In this document: piece after piece, positions 19,584 through 28,744 of the stretch
How positions within the stretch are numbered: position 1 is the stretch's first letter
Layout of the letters: each line of letters begins with the position of its first letter
Assembly (NCBI GenBank): GCA_045862955.1
Contig: BTVI01000015.1
Coordinates: 12,298 to 76,297, forward strand
Reading direction: 5' to 3'
From: Fimbriimonadales bacterium
GTDB taxonomy: Bacteria > Armatimonadota > Fimbriimonadia > Fimbriimonadales > JABRVX01
Length of the DNA stretch: 64,000 nucleotides
Program-made: the position numbers and the translations under genes
The notes under the pieces: generated by a model
Databases searched by the model: none
What the model was told of the DNA's origin: nothing
Seen by the model: the letters and a program-made list of their open reading frames with translations, nothing else

Positions 19584-20921
19584 GTGCACAACGACACGAT
19601 TGCAGCTATCGCTACGCCCGCGGGTATGGGAAGCATCGGAATCGTGCGGCTCTCGGGCCCCGAAGCGTTCCCAATCGTGCGGGGGCTCTTCCAGGGCCCC
19701 GATATCCGGCCTGGGCACATCGCACACGGCACGTTGCGCGGCCCGGATGGCGAAATGGTGGACGAAGTGGTCCTGCTACCCTACGCAGCCCCCCATAGCT
19801 ACACGGGTGAGGATATCGTGGAGATCTGTTGTCACGGAGGCGTCGCGTGCCCGCCTGCAGTCTTGCGTCTATGCCTGGAAGCCGGAGCGCGCATGGCCGA
19901 TCCCGGTGAGTTCACGCAACGCGCTTTCCTCAACGGAAAGCTGGACTTAGCTCAGGCCGAAGCGGTGTGCGACCTAATCTGCGCGACCGCCGAGGCGCAG
20001 CGACGACTCGCGACGCGCCAGCTCCAGGGCGAACTGAGCCGTGCGGTCCGGTCAATTGCCGACCGCCTCACGGCGGTAATCGCCGCTGCCGAGGCCGCCG
20101 TAGACTTCGCCGAAGAGATCGGCGAACTGGATTCCCGGCACGCCCTGGATGAACTTACGCAGGCGCATGCCGCTATTCAGCAGCTTCGCGCGAGCTACCA
20201 TCAGGGGCGAATGATTCGCGAAGGTGTTGTCATCGCCATCGTGGGCCTGCCCAACGTAGGAAAGTCCAGCCTGCTCAACGCACTCCTCGGTACCGAACGA
20301 GCCATCGTCACGGACATCCCTGGCACGACGCGCGATACCATCGAGGACCGTATTTTGCTGGATGGCGTGCCGGTAACACTCTGGGACACGGCGGGCCTGC
20401 GCGAGGCAACGGACCCGGTGGAGCAGATCGGCGTCCGGCGCACCGAGGAAGCTATCGAGCGCGCGGACTACCTGCTGCTCGTCCTCAGCCCCGATGATTG
20501 GCAACACCCGGCTAACGCGGAGCTCGCCCGCGTGCAGGGCGCCGGTCGCACGCTGGTGGTTATGAACCAGATCGATCGTGGTGCTGTCGTGGAAGCATCT
20601 GCGATATTCCCCGACGCCATCCCCGTTTCCGCTCGGACCGGCTCGGGGATCGACCGGCTCCGGTCGGCGATGCGCGAGAGGATGCTGGCAGGCGCGCCAC
20701 CCGACTCGGCCCTGGTAAGCCGAGAGAGGCACTCGAAGGCTCTAGCGGACGCACAAGCGGCGGTCGAGGCGGCTCTACGGACCCTCGGAGAGGACATGCC
20801 CTCCGACTTCGTGACCATCCATCTGCGTGAGGCTCTGGACGCATTAGGCCTCATCACCGGCGAGACGGTCACGGCCGACATCGTCGAGCGCATCTTCGCC
20901 GACTTCTGCGTAGGCAAGTAG
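19584..20921 (+). CDS. mnmE: tRNA modification GTPase MnmE
   Basis: DTIAAIAT, SYTGED.VEI.CHG, GEFTQRAFLNGK, GLPNVGKSSL, GTTRD and C-terminal FCVGK. Confidence 0.96.
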   Translation: MHNDTIAAIATPAGMGSIGIVRLSGPEAFPIVRGLFQGPDIRPGHIAHGTLRGPDGEMVDEVVLLPYAAPHSYTGEDIVEICCHGGVACPPAVLRLCLEAGARMADPGEFTQRAFLNGKLDLAQAEAVCDLICATAEAQRRLATRQLQGELSRAVRSIADRLTAVIAAAEAAVDFAEEIGELDSRHALDELTQAHAAIQQLRASYHQGRMIREGVVIAIVGLPNVGKSSLLNALLGTERAIVTDIPGTTRDTIEDRILLDGVPVTLWDTAGLREATDPVEQIGVRRTEEAIERADYLLLVLSPDDWQHPANAELARVQGAGRTLVVMNQIDRGAVVEASAIFPDAIPVSARTGSGIDRLRSAMRERMLAGAPPDSALVSRERHSKALADAQAAVEAALRTLGEDMPSDFVTIHLREALDALGLITGETVTADIVERIFADFCVGK

Positions 20922-20966
20922 CCCGTCGCGCCTGGTTGCGAACCCGGAGGGCAACCCTACACCCAC

Positions 20967-21755
20967 ATGGAACGTAGTGGAGACGTGGGCATTCCAACGA
21001 GTCCGACTGACTATCTGGACCTGGGCGACCGTCCTCACCGGACGGGGCGCACGGGTGTCAACTACCGCACCACGCTCGTCGTCGCTTCGCTCGCTGCGAT
21101 GTTCCTGTGGTACTGGCCCATAGGCCGGATGCTCATCAGCCCCGTCACCATCCTGAACACCTTCATCCACGAGTACATGCACGCCCTTGCGGCATGGGCC
21201 TCGGAAGGCAGCGTGTCCCACATCATCGTGTATCCCAACGCTAGCGGGGTCACGCACATCACGGGCGGTCAGATCTGGCTCATCGCTCCTGCAGGGTACG
21301 TGGGTTCTGCAGTGATGGGAGCTCTCTTGCTCGTGCTTTCCCATCGCGAGCGGCTCGTGCGCTGGCTTCTGGGCTTCTTCGCAGCCTCGGTGGCGTTGGG
21401 CATGATCGTGCTGGTCCGTGGAGAGGCGCTCCCGGTTGCCATCGGAATCACCAGCGTGGTAGCAATCTTCGCCGGAGCGAAGTGGCTCCCGACCGGCGGA
21501 GTGGTCTTCCTAGCGCAGTTCGTTGCAATCCAGCAGTGCGCTGCCTCGTTCCAGGCGTTCTACTGGCTCTTCAAGGCCACGGAGGGGTACGGAACACCTA
21601 GCGACGCAACGCGAATGGCTCAGGTGACCGGTCTGCCCGCAGGGCTCTGGGCGGCCTCGTGGTGTGCCTTCAGCGCTGCGCTGGTTTACTTCGCCATCCG
21701 CTACACTTGGCGCTCAGCCGGACGAGAGGAACCTCGCAGGAAATCGCGCACGTAG
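20967..21755 (+). CDS. M50B-like membrane metallopeptidase
   Basis: HEYMH zinc motif, AGY.G and SDA motifs; multiple TM segments. Confidence 0.8.
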   Translation: MERSGDVGIPTSPTDYLDLGDRPHRTGRTGVNYRTTLVVASLAAMFLWYWPIGRMLISPVTILNTFIHEYMHALAAWASEGSVSHIIVYPNASGVTHITGGQIWLIAPAGYVGSAVMGALLLVLSHRERLVRWLLGFFAASVALGMIVLVRGEALPVAIGITSVVAIFAGAKWLPTGGVVFLAQFVAIQQCAASFQAFYWLFKATEGYGTPSDATRMAQVTGLPAGLWAASWCAFSAALVYFAIRYTWRSAGREEPRRKSRT

Positions 21756-21818
21756 CTCGTATCCCGTCCTCGGGTCGGCGGTGCGCCGCACGACCTTTTA
21801 CGAACCCGGAGGAAGCCC

Positions 21819-22814
21819 ATGCTGAACATCGGCATCGTGGGCCTCGGCAACATGGGCCGAGTCCACGCTCGCCATTACCGAACCATCCCTGAAGCCAAAC
21901 TGGCGGCCGTGTACGACGTGAAGAACGAACGCCTCCAGCCCTTCGCGAGCGAATATGGCGGTGAGCCCGCCGCGTCGTTCGAAGAGTTGCTCCGACGCTG
22001 CGATGCGGTGGACATCTGCACCCCCACGCCGACACACAGGCAGCTCGCCCTCCAGGCACTGGATGCAGGCAAACACGTCATTTGCGAGAAGCCGATGTGC
22101 CTCACGGTAGAGGAGTGTCGCGAGGTGGCTGCGGCGGCAGAGCGAGCACGCCGGGTGTTCATGCCGGCCCACGTGCTCCGCTTCTTCCCGGAGTTCGCGT
22201 TGGCGCACCGCCTGGTGAAGGATGGCGAGGTGGGCTCGCCTGCAGCCATTCGCACCCACCGAGGCGGCCCGTTTCCGAAGTGGAGCAGCGGGTGGTTCGG
22301 TGACTACAGTCAGAGCGGTGGCGTGTTGCTGGACCTAGTGATCCACGACTTCGACTGGCTGCGCTGGACCTTCGGCGAGGTGGAGCGCGTGTTCGCCAAG
22401 GCGCTCGTGCATCGCAACATCCCGCAGTGCGATTACGCCCTAACCACTCTGAAATTCCGCTCCGGCGCCGTTGCCCACGTCGAGGGCACGTGGGCCGATC
22501 CCGGCGGCTTCCGCGTGTGGTTCGAGATTGCGGGCGATGGCGGATTCGTGGAGTACGACTCCCGTGACAACCCTACTTTCAGCATCGCCAAACGTTCGAC
22601 GGACGACACGCCCGTCGTCCCGCAGCGCGAGAGTCCCCTGATGCCCCACGACGATCCCTACCGGCAAGAGCTCGCACACTTCGTGGAGTGCGTCACCACG
22701 GGGCGGCAACCCGACATCAACGCGGAAGATGGATTGCGAGCCGTGGCAATATCCAGAGCGGCGCTGGAGAGCGCCCGCACTGGCGAGCCAGTTGGTTTGG
22801 GAGGTGGACAGTGA
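21819..22814 (+). CDS. Gfo/Idh/MocA family oxidoreductase
   Basis: GLGNMG, HVICEKP and SGGVLLDLVIHDFD. Confidence 0.9.
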   Translation: MLNIGIVGLGNMGRVHARHYRTIPEAKLAAVYDVKNERLQPFASEYGGEPAASFEELLRRCDAVDICTPTPTHRQLALQALDAGKHVICEKPMCLTVEECREVAAAAERARRVFMPAHVLRFFPEFALAHRLVKDGEVGSPAAIRTHRGGPFPKWSSGWFGDYSQSGGVLLDLVIHDFDWLRWTFGEVERVFAKALVHRNIPQCDYALTTLKFRSGAVAHVEGTWADPGGFRVWFEIAGDGGFVEYDSRDNPTFSIAKRSTDDTPVVPQRESPLMPHDDPYRQELAHFVECVTTGRQPDINAEDGLRAVAISRAALESARTGEPVGLGGGQ

Positions 22815-23797
22815 GCCTGAAGACGGGAATTCTGAACACCGCGCACCTGCATTCCATGGGGTATGCGGACGCGCTGTTGAAAAACCCTCGTTCCGAGTTC
22901 CTGGGCGTAGCCGATGAGAACCCGGAGCGCGGTAAGTGGTTCGCGGACAAATTCGGCGTGCCGTTCTACGAGAGCTACGAAAAGCTCGCCTCGGAAGCCG
23001 ATGCGGTTGTCGTTGCGGCGGAGAACGTGAAGCACCGCGAGCTGGTAGAGCTTGCCGCGGCGCATGGCTGCCACGTCGCATGCGAGAAGCCCCTCTGCAC
23101 CACCCTCGAAGACGGGCACCGCATGATCGAAGCGTGCGAGAAGGCGGGCGTGCAGCTGATGACCTGCTTCCCTTGCCGATACGCCCCGTCGTTCGAACGA
23201 ACTCTTGCGCGGGTGAGAAACGGTGAGATCGGTCAGGTGTACGCCGTCGCCGCAACCAACCACGGCATGATGCCGCACGACTCATGGTTCAACGTGGTTT
23301 CGCTGTCGGGCGGAGGCTCGATGATGGACCACACGGTTCACGTTGCCGACCTGCTACGCGTACTGCTCCGATCCGAAGTGGCGACGGTGTACGCCGAGAC
23401 CGGCAACAACATGTACCACGGCGACTACGAGGACATCGCCATGCTCACCGTGGAGTTCGAGAACGGCGTCTTCGCCACCATCGACTCCAGTTGGTCGCGC
23501 CCGCTTTGCTACAAGATCTGGGGCGACGTCACGATGAACGTAGTCGGCAGCGACGGCGTAATCGAGATGGACATGTTTGCCCAAGGCCTGATGGCGTATA
23601 GCATGAAGGATATGCGCGCGCGTCAGCAGAGCGTTGGTGGCAACATAGACGAGCCGCTCATCGAGGAGTTCCTGCGGGCCATCGAGACGAGGGAGCCGGT
23701 GCCGATCTCGGGGTACGACGGATTCAGGGCTGCCGAGGTGGCCATCGCTGGATACGAGTCTGTGAAAACTGGAAAGCCGGTGAAGCTTCCGCTATAG
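22811..23797 (+). CDS. Gfo/Idh/MocA family oxidoreductase
   Basis: GTGA overlap; HVACEKP and GGGSMMDHTVHVAD. Confidence 0.88.
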   Translation: MSLKTGILNTAHLHSMGYADALLKNPRSEFLGVADENPERGKWFADKFGVPFYESYEKLASEADAVVVAAENVKHRELVELAAAHGCHVACEKPLCTTLEDGHRMIEACEKAGVQLMTCFPCRYAPSFERTLARVRNGEIGQVYAVAATNHGMMPHDSWFNVVSLSGGGSMMDHTVHVADLLRVLLRSEVATVYAETGNNMYHGDYEDIAMLTVEFENGVFATIDSSWSRPLCYKIWGDVTMNVVGSDGVIEMDMFAQGLMAYSMKDMRARQQSVGGNIDEPLIEEFLRAIETREPVPISGYDGFRAAEVAIAGYESVKTGKPVKLPL

Positions 23798-24466
23798 CTT
23801 CGCGCGCTTGAACTCCTTCAGCATCAACACCCGCTGGTCCGCCTCGGGTCCCATCCCGGTCTGATAGCGAACCACACCGAAGCCGGGTGCATACCAGGTG
23901 CGGCGATAGAAGGCGTTCTCCAGGTCTTCACCATAGTAGTTGAACGCGTCTACCCGGATCGCCATGTGCTTGCCGGATGGCGTCTGGATGGACTCGAGGC
24001 CCTTCACTTCGTACACCCACTTCTCGTCGCGGACATGGCCGCCATCGTAAGTCTTGATCATGGTCTCCCACTTCTTCCCCATAAAGAGCGGGAACCGCAG
24101 CTCGGGTAGGACCGAGTCGCGGTGAGTCACACCGTCGAACTGATGGATGTGCAGTCCTTCCTGGTCTACCCAGGCAACGAACTCCGAAGGTGCGCGCCCG
24201 TCCTCGGCTACGTCCTTCAGTTTCCAGACCTGTTTCCCTTGGTACTCGACCCGACCCACGACGGTGCGAATCCGGTCGGGCATTATCTCTCCGGACCGAG
24301 AGCGGTCGGAGTACACCCACTTGTTGCCTTCGCCGAGCGGGTACAGGTCGTCCGAGAGCCCTCCGATGATCTGGGGCTTGCTCGAGTCGCGGCAGCCTAT
24401 CGTTGCGGCGGCCACTGCGAGGCACGCAACTAGGAGCTTAGCCAAGCGGAGTACTCTTCGCTTCAT
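23792..24466 (-). CDS. Hypothetical lipoprotein (DUF3108/TapB-like)
   Basis: Lipobox TIGC; YPLGEGNKWVY...TPSG...WYAPGFGVVR. Confidence 0.65.
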   Translation of the reverse strand: MKRRVLRLAKLLVACLAVAAATIGCRDSSKPQIIGGLSDDLYPLGEGNKWVYSDRSRSGEIMPDRIRTVVGRVEYQGKQVWKLKDVAEDGRAPSEFVAWVDQEGLHIHQFDGVTHRDSVLPELRFPLFMGKKWETMIKTYDGGHVRDEKWVYEVKGLESIQTPSGKHMAIRVDAFNYYGEDLENAFYRRTWYAPGFGVVRYQTGMGPEADQRVLMLKEFKRAKL

Positions 24467-24575
24467 AGGCGGATCCAGGGTACCCCGAGCCGGCAAAAGA
24501 GCGTGCTTTCTGGCTGCAGAGCGGGCCCCCCCATCCCCATCTCCAGCCGGGACGTTTGGTATAATGTCGCACCGC

Positions 24576-24667
24576 GGAGAGGTGGCTGAGTGGTCGAAAG
24601 CGCCCGCCTGCTAAGTGGGTAACGGGGGAAACCTTGTTCCCGGGTTCGAATCCCGGCCTCTCCGCCA
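24576..24667 (+). tRNA. tRNA-Ser(GCT)
   Basis: GGAGAGG/CCTCTCC acceptor stem, G discriminator plus encoded CCA, anticodon loop CT-GCT-AA, long variable arm, GGTTCGAATCC T-arm; TATAAT upstream. Confidence 0.96.
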
Positions 24668-24680
24668 GACCATTTAAGGG

Positions 24681-25676
24681 ATGATGCGCGGAACTATCGC
24701 AGCCCTACTTCTCGCGCTCGGCGCCGCCGCCTCGGGCGACGGACTGAGCGACTACCTGGCCCTGCGCGCCAAGTTCGGGGTAAAGGCCCCTTGCGCCCCC
24801 CACCTCGTCGGCACCCGACCCCATGGCTCGGTCGTCGAGGTCTCCGGGCGACTGCAGGGCACGTCCAAGAGCGCCGAGACCGAGATGTGCATCCTCTCGT
24901 CGGGCGAGCACACACTGATTGTCCGATCTTCACGATTGCCCGAGTGGTTCGGTCGCGGGCAGATCACGGTACGAATGCTGGTTCGGGTGGACGCCGAGGG
25001 CCGGTTCGGTATGCCGGACCTCCACCTCATTGCTGCCATCGGGGAAGGGGAAATTGCGGCGCACGAAGAGAGTGTGCGCCGAGCCGAGGCAGCGAGGCAA
25101 GCCCGGGCAGTCGCTGCGACCGCAAAGAGCCCCAGCGCTGCGCCTGCACCCAAGGAAGACCTGCCTAAGCAGGTGCTCGCTTCGCTGGAACAGGTCTTGC
25201 CCGGCTACAAGGCCTACGTGAAGTCGGTGAACGGCAAGCTTACCGATTGGGAGGCGGAGCAGATCGCCCGCAGCATGCTGGTCTTCAGCGCCAAGCATGG
25301 CGTGGACCCGCGCCTCGTGACGGCTGTGGTGGTGTGCGAGTCGGGGTTCCGCCCAGCGGCTACCTCTTCGAAAGGTGCGGCCGGGCTGGGTCAGCTAATG
25401 CCTTCCACGGCGAGGGGCATGGGAGTGCAGAACGCCTACGACACCAACCAGAACCTCGAAGCCACGGTGCGACTTCTGCGAGGGCACATGCTGAAGTACA
25501 AGCCCCCGGACAAGCCGTACGTGGACATGAAGACGCTGGCGACGGCGCTCGCGGCGTACAACGCGGGCTCCGGGGCTGTCCGCAAGCACGGTGGGATTCC
25601 CCCCTATGCCGAAACTCAGGGCTACATCACGAAGGTGATCTCTCTCTACCGGCGGTTGTGCGGAGAGGGCAGGTGA
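24681..25676 (+). CDS. Lytic transglycosylase (SLT domain)
   Basis: CESGF, GAAGLGQLMPSTA, AAYNAG and ETQGY motifs; signal peptide. Confidence 0.88.
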   Translation: MMRGTIAALLLALGAAASGDGLSDYLALRAKFGVKAPCAPHLVGTRPHGSVVEVSGRLQGTSKSAETEMCILSSGEHTLIVRSSRLPEWFGRGQITVRMLVRVDAEGRFGMPDLHLIAAIGEGEIAAHEESVRRAEAARQARAVAATAKSPSAAPAPKEDLPKQVLASLEQVLPGYKAYVKSVNGKLTDWEAEQIARSMLVFSAKHGVDPRLVTAVVVCESGFRPAATSSKGAAGLGQLMPSTARGMGVQNAYDTNQNLEATVRLLRGHMLKYKPPDKPYVDMKTLATALAAYNAGSGAVRKHGGIPPYAETQGYITKVISLYRRLCGEGR

Positions 25677-25709
25677 GGCGGGTCTGTCACACCCTTCCGA
25701 CCACTCCCA

Positions 25710-26600
25710 CTAACCTACCACCTGCTCCGGCCAGAGCCGCAGCCGCATAGCCGGCCAGTGGGGCGAGGCCTCGGCACGGGAAAGGTCGCAGCGCCGCACC
25801 ACCCCTACCACCTCGCACCACGCCACCGCATCACCGGCACGCGAGGCAACGAACGAGAACACATCTGCCATTCCCGTGCGCTCCGGCTCCGTGATGTTGG
25901 TGGATACCTGCGACATGCCGCGCGACTCGAGCGCCACCCCCATCGCCATCACGCCGTGCAAAACCTCGTCCCTATCTCGCGCAGACCGGAGCTCCTTCGC
26001 AATCGCGCGTGCCAGGCCCGGCTGCGGCAGCGAGAGGTTCACATTGAACGCCGTCAGAGGGCCCCGGACCCCAAGGATGACCGCACCCCGCGCTTCATGC
26101 AGCCGAGCCGGCCCGAAGTCCGGTGCGTGCTCACCCTCCAGCTCTTTCCCGACCCAACCCTCGTACTGACCCTTGCGCAGGGCTCCTAGCTCCCTGGGCT
26201 TGCCGGGTCGGGCCGAGTCGCCATAGAGAAACACCGGCACCTGCCCGAGCTCTGCGATCTCTCGTCCCAGATCCTCGGCGAGCCGTTGCGCGGCAGCCGC
26301 ATGCTCGGGAGCAGTCGCCACCAAAGGCAGCACGTCCAGCGCGCCGATTCGGGGATGCACGCCGCGATGTCTCCGCAGGTCAATCCGCTCGAAGGCCACG
26401 AAAGCCATCGCGAGCAGCGCGGCGCGCAAGGCCTCGGGCTCGCCGGAGAGCCCGACGACCGTTCGATTGTGGTCAACGTCCCAGCTGAGTGTGTGGAGCA
26501 CTACGGTCGGGGCCGATGCGGCGTCTTGCAGCGCCCTGACGAAGTGGTAGTCACGCCCCTCGGAGAAGTTGGGTATGGACAGGATGGGCCCGGGTCTCAC
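25710..26600 (-). CDS. Glutamate formiminotransferase (FTCD N-terminal type)
   Basis: PNFSEGRD, DHNRTV, HRGVHPRIGALDV, PVFLY, LRKGQYEG and QVSTNI. Confidence 0.85.
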   Translation of the reverse strand: MRPGPILSIPNFSEGRDYHFVRALQDAASAPTVVLHTLSWDVDHNRTVVGLSGEPEALRAALLAMAFVAFERIDLRRHRGVHPRIGALDVLPLVATAPEHAAAAQRLAEDLGREIAELGQVPVFLYGDSARPGKPRELGALRKGQYEGWVGKELEGEHAPDFGPARLHEARGAVILGVRGPLTAFNVNLSLPQPGLARAIAKELRSARDRDEVLHGVMAMGVALESRGMSQVSTNITEPERTGMADVFSFVASRAGDAVAWCEVVGVVRRCDLSRAEASPHWPAMRLRLWPEQVVG

Positions 26601-27367
26601 ACCATGTGATACCCGCCGTCCACGAAGATCACCTCCCCGGTGATCCCGCGCGACAGGTCGCTCAGAAGGAACAGGGCTGCGTCGGCCACCTCGGGCTGCG
26701 CTACCGGGGTGCTTAGTGGCACGCGCTCCTTCGCTTCCGAAGTCATCTTGCTGAAGCCGGGGATGCTCCGCGCTGCCACCGTGCTGATCGGCCCGGGCGA
26801 GAGTGCGTTCACTCGAATCCCTCGAGGACCGAGGTCGTATGCGAGGTATCGCGTTGCGCTCTCCAGCGCAGCCTTTGCAATTCCCATGACCCCGTAAATC
26901 GGCACGACCCGGGAGCTCCCGAGGTAGCTCATGGTCAGGCAGCTTCCCCCATCGCGGAGCAGACGCTCCAACGCGTGACAGCAGGCAACGAAGGTAAAGC
27001 AGCTGGTCTCCAGCGCCACCTTGAACCCGTCCCGAGAGCAGTCGAGGAACCGGCCGGCCATATCCTCACGCCGGGCGTAGGCCACGCTGTGAACGACAAA
27101 GTCCAGCCCGCCGTAGTCGCTCCGAAGGTCGTCCGCAAGTTGGCTTAGTTGCTCGTCGCGGTTGAGGTCGCACTCGTACACGCGGAAGCTCTCGTTGCCT
27201 TCCGTGAGTGCGAGGACCGAATCGAGCATCCTCTCGTCCTGGTAACCGATGGCCACCTTCGCGCCGTGCCGAGCGGCAGCATCCGCCACGGCCCACGCGA
27301 TCGAGAACTTGTTGGCGACGCCGAAAACGACCCCGGTTTTCCCTTCGAGCAGCAAGTCCCCCCTCAC
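26597..27367 (-). CDS. fabI: Enoyl-ACP reductase
   Basis: GVANKFSIAW, HSVAYA, YGVMGIAKAALE, RVNALSPGPI and VDGGYH; GTGA-coupled start. Confidence 0.92.
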   Translation of the reverse strand: MRGDLLLEGKTGVVFGVANKFSIAWAVADAAARHGAKVAIGYQDERMLDSVLALTEGNESFRVYECDLNRDEQLSQLADDLRSDYGGLDFVVHSVAYARREDMAGRFLDCSRDGFKVALETSCFTFVACCHALERLLRDGGSCLTMSYLGSSRVVPIYGVMGIAKAALESATRYLAYDLGPRGIRVNALSPGPISTVAARSIPGFSKMTSEAKERVPLSTPVAQPEVADAALFLLSDLSRGITGEVIFVDGGYHMV

Positions 27368-27957
27368 TTGACCAGTTCGTACGACACGAGCTCCGTTACC
27401 GTCCTCTTCCCGTTCGCATCTAGCACACCCTTCACCCACCCGACCCCTCGGGCATAGCTGTCCGTGGTGGTGATGCGGATGGGGGAGCTACCGGCTTCTA
27501 CCGTCACGGTCTTGGACACTACTAGGACATCGAACGTGCCGGCGGGCACGGTCAGCTTCCCGAGCGCAGAGTTCTGGCACTTTGCCGATGCCTTGTAAGT
27601 GCCACCGCCGATCGTCACGGTCCCGGACCACTCCCATGCGGTGCCCGGCTTTGCAGGCAGCTTCAGCTCCACCATGGGGGGTGAGAACTTGGCCGCCGTA
27701 CTGTCCTCCTGGACCAGACCTTCGGCCGTCCAGTACAGAATGCTCGACGTCCTGTCGCCTTTCTCTCCGCGCACCTCGAGCACGAACGCCTGATGCTCAC
27801 CCTTCTTGCGCGTCTCGGTCACCCGATTTACGACGGTCTCGGTTGCGCCGCCTGCCGTCTGACGATAGGTCCAGCGGTTGCCCACCTTGAGCGGCAGGTA
27901 GTCGGATGGGCCCGCCGCAAGCAGCAAGGGCGCAACGAGCAGCGCGACCGCGATCAC
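27364..27957 (-). CDS. Hypothetical secreted protein (DUF3108/TapB-like)
   Basis: YLPLKVGNRWTY...TVPAGTFD...YARGVGWVK. Confidence 0.65.
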   Translation of the reverse strand: MIAVALLVAPLLLAAGPSDYLPLKVGNRWTYRQTAGGATETVVNRVTETRKKGEHQAFVLEVRGEKGDRTSSILYWTAEGLVQEDSTAAKFSPPMVELKLPAKPGTAWEWSGTVTIGGGTYKASAKCQNSALGKLTVPAGTFDVLVVSKTVTVEAGSSPIRITTTDSYARGVGWVKGVLDANGKRTVTELVSYELVK

Positions 27958-28727
27958 GAGCCCCTCTTGGAAAGCAGCATGGACATCTTGCCGGACCGAC
28001 TGACGAACACGGCCTTCACAATCCCGATGTCCTTCGCGAACCAGAAGTCGAACTGCTCGGCCACGGCACCGGCGCCTGAGCCGACCACGCGTGTGATCTC
28101 CGTATGAATGGCATCGAAATCACCGGCCGGAGTCGCCACGCGCTCGGTGCCCGTGATCTTGCCGATGGCCTTGCCCGGCACCGTGCGACCTTGGTCGTCT
28201 TTCAGCGTGAAGGTGTCTTCCCAGCGGGCCTCCTCGCTCCATTTGTTGGGCAGGATTCGTAGGGCGTAGGGTGCCGGAGAATTGCCCGTTCCAGGCTGAA
28301 GAAGCAGTCCCTTGTCGGGGTGCCAGAAGTACGTCTCCTTGACGGTGCCTGTCGCCTTGGGTGGTGGCGCCGGTTCCCCCTCCTTGGCAGGCTTGTCGAA
28401 CTCGTGCCTAATCCCCGTGACGTGTTGGTACCGGATGGATCCGCTGGAGCCGGGGGCCTGAAACGAGTAGTCGACTCTCGCAGTCTTTAGGTTCGCGGAC
28501 GCCACATACTCCCGCTTCTCGGGACCTTTCATCGGGAAGAAGGAGGTGAAGGGAACCTTCGAAGGGTCGAGCGTCGGTTCCGCCAGGTGTTCGGGCTTGG
28601 TTGTCGCCTCTGTCGCAGACTTCGCGCTTCGGGGGGCCTCGCCGCAGCCCGAGCTAACAAACACAGGCAGCAAGAACAGGGCGAACAGCGCGGCGGCGAA
28701 CGGCAACCTCATCCTGTTGATCTTCAC
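27954..28727 (-). CDS. Hypothetical lipoprotein (DUF3108/TapB-like)
   Basis: Lipobox SSGC; FFPMK...TPAGDFD...WFAKDIGIVK. Confidence 0.65.
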   Translation of the reverse strand: MKINRMRLPFAAALFALFLLPVFVSSGCGEAPRSAKSATEATTKPEHLAEPTLDPSKVPFTSFFPMKGPEKREYVASANLKTARVDYSFQAPGSSGSIRYQHVTGIRHEFDKPAKEGEPAPPPKATGTVKETYFWHPDKGLLLQPGTGNSPAPYALRILPNKWSEEARWEDTFTLKDDQGRTVPGKAIGKITGTERVATPAGDFDAIHTEITRVVGSGAGAVAEQFDFWFAKDIGIVKAVFVSRSGKMSMLLSKRGS

Positions 28728-28744
28728 TGGAATACGTCAACCTC

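Noticed and set aside
24576..24667. tRNA as integration site of an island or prophage
   Set aside because: No integrase, no duplicated tRNA 3' end noticed, and the flanks look like core genes
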